64,000 nucleotides of DNA from Candidatus Woesebacteria bacterium (GTDB lineage Bacteria; Patescibacteriota; Microgenomatia; UBA1400; UBA12028): the NCBI GenBank assembly GCA_040006915.1, contig JBDTWD010000001.1:162229-226228 (forward strand). Direction: 5' to 3'. The notes under the pieces were generated by a model. That model saw only the letters and a program-made list of their open reading frames with translations, was not told the origin of the DNA and did not search any database. Position 1 is the first letter of the stretch. Each line of letters starts with the position of its first letter. Of the stretch, positions 59,048 through 64,000 are shown piece by piece. The position numbers and the translations under genes are program-made.

Positions 59048-59638
59048 TCAAGAAGTGAGGAAAGTTTCAATCTGGTCTTTACTGTAACCCAATTTTCCTA
59101 GATTTTCCTCAATTAGGTCGGTCGAATTCCCTTTCTGAGTCCAGATTTCCTCGAGTGTAGTAATTGTCTCTCGTGTCTCCCAAGGAAAGATAACCCATGC
59201 CTTGGAGTGAATTGCCGTGTAGTCGGGCATAATTTTGGTCCAGGGCTTAACTCCTAAAGTGGCAATTTTTACTGAAGCAGCCTTTTGTTCTCTCAGATAG
59301 TCTTTGACAAACAGAAGGGTTTCCCCAGAATCTGCCAAATCATCTACCAGGAGAATTTTCTCGTGGGTGATGTCCACAGTAAATGTTTGGGTGATCACCG
59401 GCTTTTTTGTTTTTCCGATGCCCTCATAGGACTCACACTGCAAAACACTTATCTTCTTTACACCGATCAAATCCGCTAGATTCTGCGCTATTGAGATCCC
59501 ACCACGAGCTAGAGCGATAACGCGGTCAAATGACTCTTCTGAGGCTATGATTTTTTTACCGACAATAAACGTCTCATCGCCGATATCTTGCCAGGAAAGA
59601 ACGTCATATGCTTGGCCATTAATAACTTTAGAGATCAT
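59048..59638 (-). CDS. Type I phosphoribosyltransferase (hypoxanthine/xanthine-guanine PRTase-like)
   Basis: PRPP-binding motif ILLVDDLADSGETL. Resembles Hpt (VLIVEDIIDSGNTL). Confidence 0.55.
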   Translation of the reverse strand: MISKVINGQAYDVLSWQDIGDETFIVGKKIIASEESFDRVIALARGGISIAQNLADLIGVKKISVLQCESYEGIGKTKKPVITQTFTVDITHEKILLVDDLADSGETLLFVKDYLREQKAASVKIATLGVKPWTKIMPDYTAIHSKAWVIFPWETRETITTLEEIWTQKGNSTDLIEENLGKLGYSKDQIETFLTS

Positions 59639-59949
59639 ACGAAGACTTTAAAATCATTTTCTTGCCATGATTGCCCATCTTGCCGGGGTTTCATGAGTAT
59701 TCCATCAGCCGACTTCAGTTCTACCTTTCCACAACGAATGAGCTTCATGGCAACGCCGATTGAAAATCCCTCTCGCAGTCGTTCTGAATCATAGAGTGCG
59801 TTAATCTTCCTGACGACTACAGGTTGAGCGTTCACCGTCTCGATTAATTGATTCCAAGTCGCTGTTTCAATTGTCTTCAATAGTGCAAAAATGACAAGAG
59901 CAACCTCGTTTACTATTTCTTGCTCTTCTTTTGATAATTCTGATTTCAT
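59635..59949 (-). CDS. Hypothetical protein (104 aa)
   Basis: ORF between pyrG and the PRTase gene; overlaps the PRTase start by 4 nt. Confidence 0.35.
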   Translation of the reverse strand: MKSELSKEEQEIVNEVALVIFALLKTIETATWNQLIETVNAQPVVVRKINALYDSERLREGFSIGVAMKLIRCGKVELKSADGILMKPRQDGQSWQENDFKVFV

Positions 59950-59957
59950 ATTATCTT

Positions 59958-61679
59958 TTATTTCTTGCAGGCTTCAATGAAAGCCAAAAATAGCGCATGT
60001 GGCTTTAAAGGAGTCGATTTATATTCTGGATGACCTTGAGTCCCCACAAAGAATGGATGCATCTCTCTTGGTAATTCAATTAACTCAACCAAATTCTCCT
60101 TCACTGAACGACCAGAAACAATCACTCCACGCTTTTCAAGTTGTGGCATTAACGCATCATTACATTCAAAGCGATGACGATGACGCTCTGCGGTCAATCC
60201 GGTCTTTTCATCAATCATTTGTCCATAGTCCTTGTATGCTTCAAAAGCTTGTGTGTCTGGTTTAACAATACATTCCCACGATCCAAGACGCATTGTTCCA
60301 CCATAGGCACGGTTTTCCAAAATTCTTTTTTGTTCGGGAATCATGTGAATCACTTGATGCGGGCTCTCTGGATCCACTTCTTGAGTATTTGCATCACTCC
60401 AACCTACAACATGGCGGGCAAATTCCACCATAGCGAGTTGCATACCGTAACAAAGTCCCAAATATGGAATTTTTTCCTCACGAGCATACTGAATGCTACG
60501 GATTTTCCCTTCCACTCCCCGCTCGCCCCATCCGATCGGAACAATGAGTCCTTGCAGTGGTCCAAAGAACTTGGCCAGATCTTCATTACTTAAATTAGGA
60601 GAATCCTTTTGTAGTTTTTCAATTTTTCCCGCATCAATCCAAACAATTTCAGTCTCCACTTCTTTTGCGACCGACGCATGATTTATCGCATCAATGAGTG
60701 CTGCATAGGAATCTTTGAGTTGATAATCACCGGTGGAAAGATACTTACCGACGATTGCCACCCTGATTTTCTTTTCTTTTTTGGCCTTCACTTTCGCTAC
60801 CATCGCTTCCCATTCGGGGAATATCGACGTTTGCACACTCGTTTCAACCGGAATTTTCAATTCTTCTAACACGAGTTCATCAAAGCGTTGTTCTTGAAAC
60901 AGAAGTGGGATTTCATAGACATTCCCTACGTCAGGAGCATCAATAATGTGATCTGGCTCAACCGTACAAAACAAGGCAAATCGATCACGACGACGTTGAT
61001 CGATACGTTTATCACTACGGGCAACGATAAAATCAGGCTGAATCCCTAGAGAGTTTAAGGTGTGAACAGAAAGCTGGGTTGGCTTGGTTTTTGGCTCACC
61101 GATATGAGCGGGTGTCGGCAGATAACTGACATGAACGTGGACGACTCGCTGTTTATGGGTGTATCGCAAGATTCGCGCAGCTTCATAATACAGAATATTT
61201 AAATATTCTCCTGCAGTTCCACCCAGTTCTACCAACACTATTTGCGCTTTGTCTTTGTCTGCAGCTTGATTGATACGTTCAATGATTTCTCCACATACGT
61301 GTGGCATCTCTACGTCTTCTCCGTCATATCCAAAGGCACGTTCACGATCAATGACAGCCTTGTAGATTTGCCCCATGGTAACGAAATTTGGTTTCCCCAT
61401 TTCTTGGCCCAAGAATTTTTCGTAAGTGCCAAGGTCCATGTCACTTTCCGTTCCGTCATTACACAAGAAAGGATCTCCGTGTTCAATTGGGTTTATGAGG
61501 CCTGAATCAATGTTTAAATAGTTCTCGCATTTAACGACACTAACTTTAAACCCACGCGATTTTAAAAGAAGTCCTAAAGAAGCGGTGACAATGCCTTTTC
61601 CGAGGGAGGAAAGAACTCCTCCTGAGATAAAAATATATTTTAAATTTTTATGATTCTTTGGAAGGATATTTACGGGCAT
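59958..61679 (-). CDS. pyrG: CTP synthase
   Basis: KYIFISGGVLSSLGKGI N-terminal synthetase motif. C-terminal glutamine amidotransferase GLCYGMQLA with a catalytic Cys. Confidence 0.9.
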   Translation of the reverse strand: MPVNILPKNHKNLKYIFISGGVLSSLGKGIVTASLGLLLKSRGFKVSVVKCENYLNIDSGLINPIEHGDPFLCNDGTESDMDLGTYEKFLGQEMGKPNFVTMGQIYKAVIDRERAFGYDGEDVEMPHVCGEIIERINQAADKDKAQIVLVELGGTAGEYLNILYYEAARILRYTHKQRVVHVHVSYLPTPAHIGEPKTKPTQLSVHTLNSLGIQPDFIVARSDKRIDQRRRDRFALFCTVEPDHIIDAPDVGNVYEIPLLFQEQRFDELVLEELKIPVETSVQTSIFPEWEAMVAKVKAKKEKKIRVAIVGKYLSTGDYQLKDSYAALIDAINHASVAKEVETEIVWIDAGKIEKLQKDSPNLSNEDLAKFFGPLQGLIVPIGWGERGVEGKIRSIQYAREEKIPYLGLCYGMQLAMVEFARHVVGWSDANTQEVDPESPHQVIHMIPEQKRILENRAYGGTMRLGSWECIVKPDTQAFEAYKDYGQMIDEKTGLTAERHRHRFECNDALMPQLEKRGVIVSGRSVKENLVELIELPREMHPFFVGTQGHPEYKSTPLKPHALFLAFIEACKK

Positions 61680-61685
61680 AGGCTA

Positions 61686-64000
61686 TTATACCAAAAGTGT
61701 CAGAATTTGCTCTACACGATCTTTGGTTTCTTGATCCCAGGATAGTAAATACGGGAGCTTCATTACAGTATCTTCGGCTCCATTAGGAATAATAACAGAT
61801 AGCTGATCGGTTCCGGGACGTGATTTTAAATAAGTTCCCACCTCTTGCAGTTTTTCTTTCGGAGTTCCCCGAGGAATGGTCAATGTAAATCCAGGCGTGG
61901 GAATATCTTGAGGAATAATAACTTGAGGTTCACGCACCTTCTCGACCTGTAATGATAATTTACCATCTCGATCCGAGAGCGTACCCTTAAGTAAGACAAT
62001 AGCATCCTGGCGCATCAAATCCTTGTAGAGTGCGTAGGTTTTTGGAAAAACCACAAACTCCATGGTTCCGGTTCCATCTTCTAAATTTCCAAAACACATT
62101 TCTTCTTGTTTCTGTTTAGTAAGTACTTTTCGTACAGTACTAATAAATCCACCCAAAGTCACCTTTTGATTCGCATTGAGCTCCAGGTCTAACTTTTCAA
62201 TTTGATGGGAAACCAGTTTCGAAACTTCTTCCAACGCATCAGCCATCGGATGACGAGTTAAGTAAAAACCTAAAAATTCCTTTTCAAAAGATAAGAGTTC
62301 TCCTTGAGGGTACTCGGGAAGTTTATCAAAGGTGTCTTGTGGTGCCTGCTTTTTATGTTCAAGACCAGTAAACAGCCCATCTTGTCCATCAATTGACTCA
62401 AACATACTGGTCGCAACACTGCGAATTTTTTCCAAATTCTCAAGCATGGAAGAGCGCGTTGAAAACGCGTCAAACGCTCCGATTTTTATTAAACTTTCAA
62501 GAACCTTTTTATTCACTTTACGGTTATCTACTCGTTGCAAGAAATCCGTAAAAGAAACAAATGGTGCTTCTTGTCTCGAAAGCAAGATATTCTCAATCGC
62601 TGCAGCTCCCACATTTTTTATAGCAGAGAATCCGAAGCGAATCGATTTATCATCAATAGAGAAATTTTCTTCTGACTTATTAATATCTGGAGGCAACAGC
62701 GCAATTCCCATGCGCCGACAATCTGCCACAGCTTGTGAAATTTTCTCTTCACGATTAGCTCCGACAGAATTCGATTCGACCGAGAGAACCGCACACATAT
62801 ATTCAGTGGTGTAGTTTACTTTCATCCAAGCGGTGTAATAGGAAATCATGGCATAACTTGCACTGTGTGCTTTGTTAAAACCATAGCCAGCAAACTTCTC
62901 AATGAAACCCCAGACTTTATCAATGGTGGCTTGGGTATACCCTTTGGCTTTAGCGCCTTTATCAAACTTGGCCTTTTCTTTTACCATGATTTCAATTTTC
63001 TTTTTTCCAATAGCTCGACGCAGTTCATCGGCTTGCCCAAGTGAGTAGCCAGCCATAACGTTGGCGGCCTGCATACATTGCTCCTGATACAACAAAATGC
63101 CGTAGGTGTCTTTCAAAACTGGTTCCAAATCTGGGTGAGGATACTTAATCGACTTAGGATCGGACTTACCTGCTATAAAGTCATCGATTAGCGCCATAGG
63201 TCCAGGGCGATATAAGGCGACCATAGCAGTAAGGTCAGAGAACACACTTGGTTTTAGACCTCGAGCTAACTTTCGCATGCCGCCCGATTCCATTTGAAAC
63301 ACACCCGTTGTTTCTCCGCTGGCAATCATTTGATAAACCTTGATATCGTCAAGAGGAATGCGAGTCAAATCAATTCGTTCGGTGTGTGTTTGAGCAATCA
63401 CTCGAATTGCTTCTTCTAAAATAGATAAGTTTCTCAAGCCTAAAAAGTCCATTTTCAAAATTCCAATGGCCTGATTAGAGATATTTAAATCCAAAACTTT
63501 CATGTCATATTGCGTGACAATTTTTCCTGACTTATTATCTTTTTGAATGGGAGTGTATTCTGTGAGCGGCTTATCAGCGATGATCACTCCAGCTGCATGG
63601 ACACTTGTATGTCTGGCATTACTTTCAACTTTCATTGCCAAATCCAAAAGCTGTTTGTATTTGTCTTGGGTATAGTAGGCTGATAACTCCGGAACGGTTC
63701 TGAGTGCGTCCAAAATGTGGACCACATGTCCTTGCACAGGATCGGGAATGAGTTTGGCTATGCGATCAGTATCGGTAAAGGACATTCCCAAAACTCGACC
63801 AATATCACGCACTGCGGCTTTACTCTCCATACGACCGAAGGTAATAATCTGAGCCACCTTGTCTGCCCCATATTTCTGCGTCACATAGGCAATCACCTCA
63901 TCTCGCCGGTTATCAGCGAAGTCCATATCAATATCAGGAGTACTTTCACGCTCTGGGTTCATGAAACGCTCAAATGGCAAGTCATGCACAAATGGATCTA
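61686..64000 (-). CDS. dnaE: DNA polymerase III alpha subunit, partial (N-terminal PHP/palm portion lies beyond the window end)
   Basis: FERFMNPERESTPDIDMDF (catalytic Asp pair), GxxRHxSxHAAGVIIA in ARHTSVHAAGVIIADKPL, FNKAHSASYAMISYYTAWMKVNY, plus a C-terminal OB-fold region. The Met at 63989 in the ORF track is internal. Confidence 0.9.
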   Translation of the reverse strand, partial: DPFVHDLPFERFMNPERESTPDIDMDFADNRRDEVIAYVTQKYGADKVAQIITFGRMESKAAVRDIGRVLGMSFTDTDRIAKLIPDPVQGHVVHILDALRTVPELSAYYTQDKYKQLLDLAMKVESNARHTSVHAAGVIIADKPLTEYTPIQKDNKSGKIVTQYDMKVLDLNISNQAIGILKMDFLGLRNLSILEEAIRVIAQTHTERIDLTRIPLDDIKVYQMIASGETTGVFQMESGGMRKLARGLKPSVFSDLTAMVALYRPGPMALIDDFIAGKSDPKSIKYPHPDLEPVLKDTYGILLYQEQCMQAANVMAGYSLGQADELRRAIGKKKIEIMVKEKAKFDKGAKAKGYTQATIDKVWGFIEKFAGYGFNKAHSASYAMISYYTAWMKVNYTTEYMCAVLSVESNSVGANREEKISQAVADCRRMGIALLPPDINKSEENFSIDDKSIRFGFSAIKNVGAAAIENILLSRQEAPFVSFTDFLQRVDNRKVNKKVLESLIKIGAFDAFSTRSSMLENLEKIRSVATSMFESIDGQDGLFTGLEHKKQAPQDTFDKLPEYPQGELLSFEKEFLGFYLTRHPMADALEEVSKLVSHQIEKLDLELNANQKVTLGGFISTVRKVLTKQKQEEMCFGNLEDGTGTMEFVVFPKTYALYKDLMRQDAIVLLKGTLSDRDGKLSLQVEKVREPQVIIPQDIPTPGFTLTIPRGTPKEKLQEVGTYLKSRPGTDQLSVIIPNGAEDTVMKLPYLLSWDQETKDRVEQILTLLV

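Overview
The window is a low-GC bacterial chromosomal segment dominated by housekeeping genes. Many small or hypothetical ORFs, compact and overlapping genes, and domain-reduced core proteins suggest a small-genome lineage (possibly Patescibacteria-like), but phylum cannot be assigned from sequence alone. Recognisable genes are tig, pyk, argS, rarA, secA, serS, lysS, greA, the F-type ATP synthase operon (atpB-E-F-H-A-G-D ... atpC), tRNA-Lys(UUU), tRNA-Glu(UUC), purD, rplS, a phosphoribosyltransferase, pyrG and a partial dnaE. Two probable T-box leaders (argS, and a small ORF plus serS) are visible directly in the sequence. Other notable items: a LysRS fused to a C-terminal HD phosphohydrolase domain; a four-gene insertion between atpD and atpC that includes an RNHCP-type zinc ribbon and an Arg-rich micro-protein; an atpH split into two frames; a second, divergent DnaE-family polymerase paralogue; an AbiEii-like toxin locus next to the tRNA pair; three tandem giant beta-helix surface proteins sharing a conserved C-terminal tail; and a 46-aa lysine-rich basic protein gene that the ORF track missed. 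No CRISPR array, rRNA, transposase or integrase was seen.
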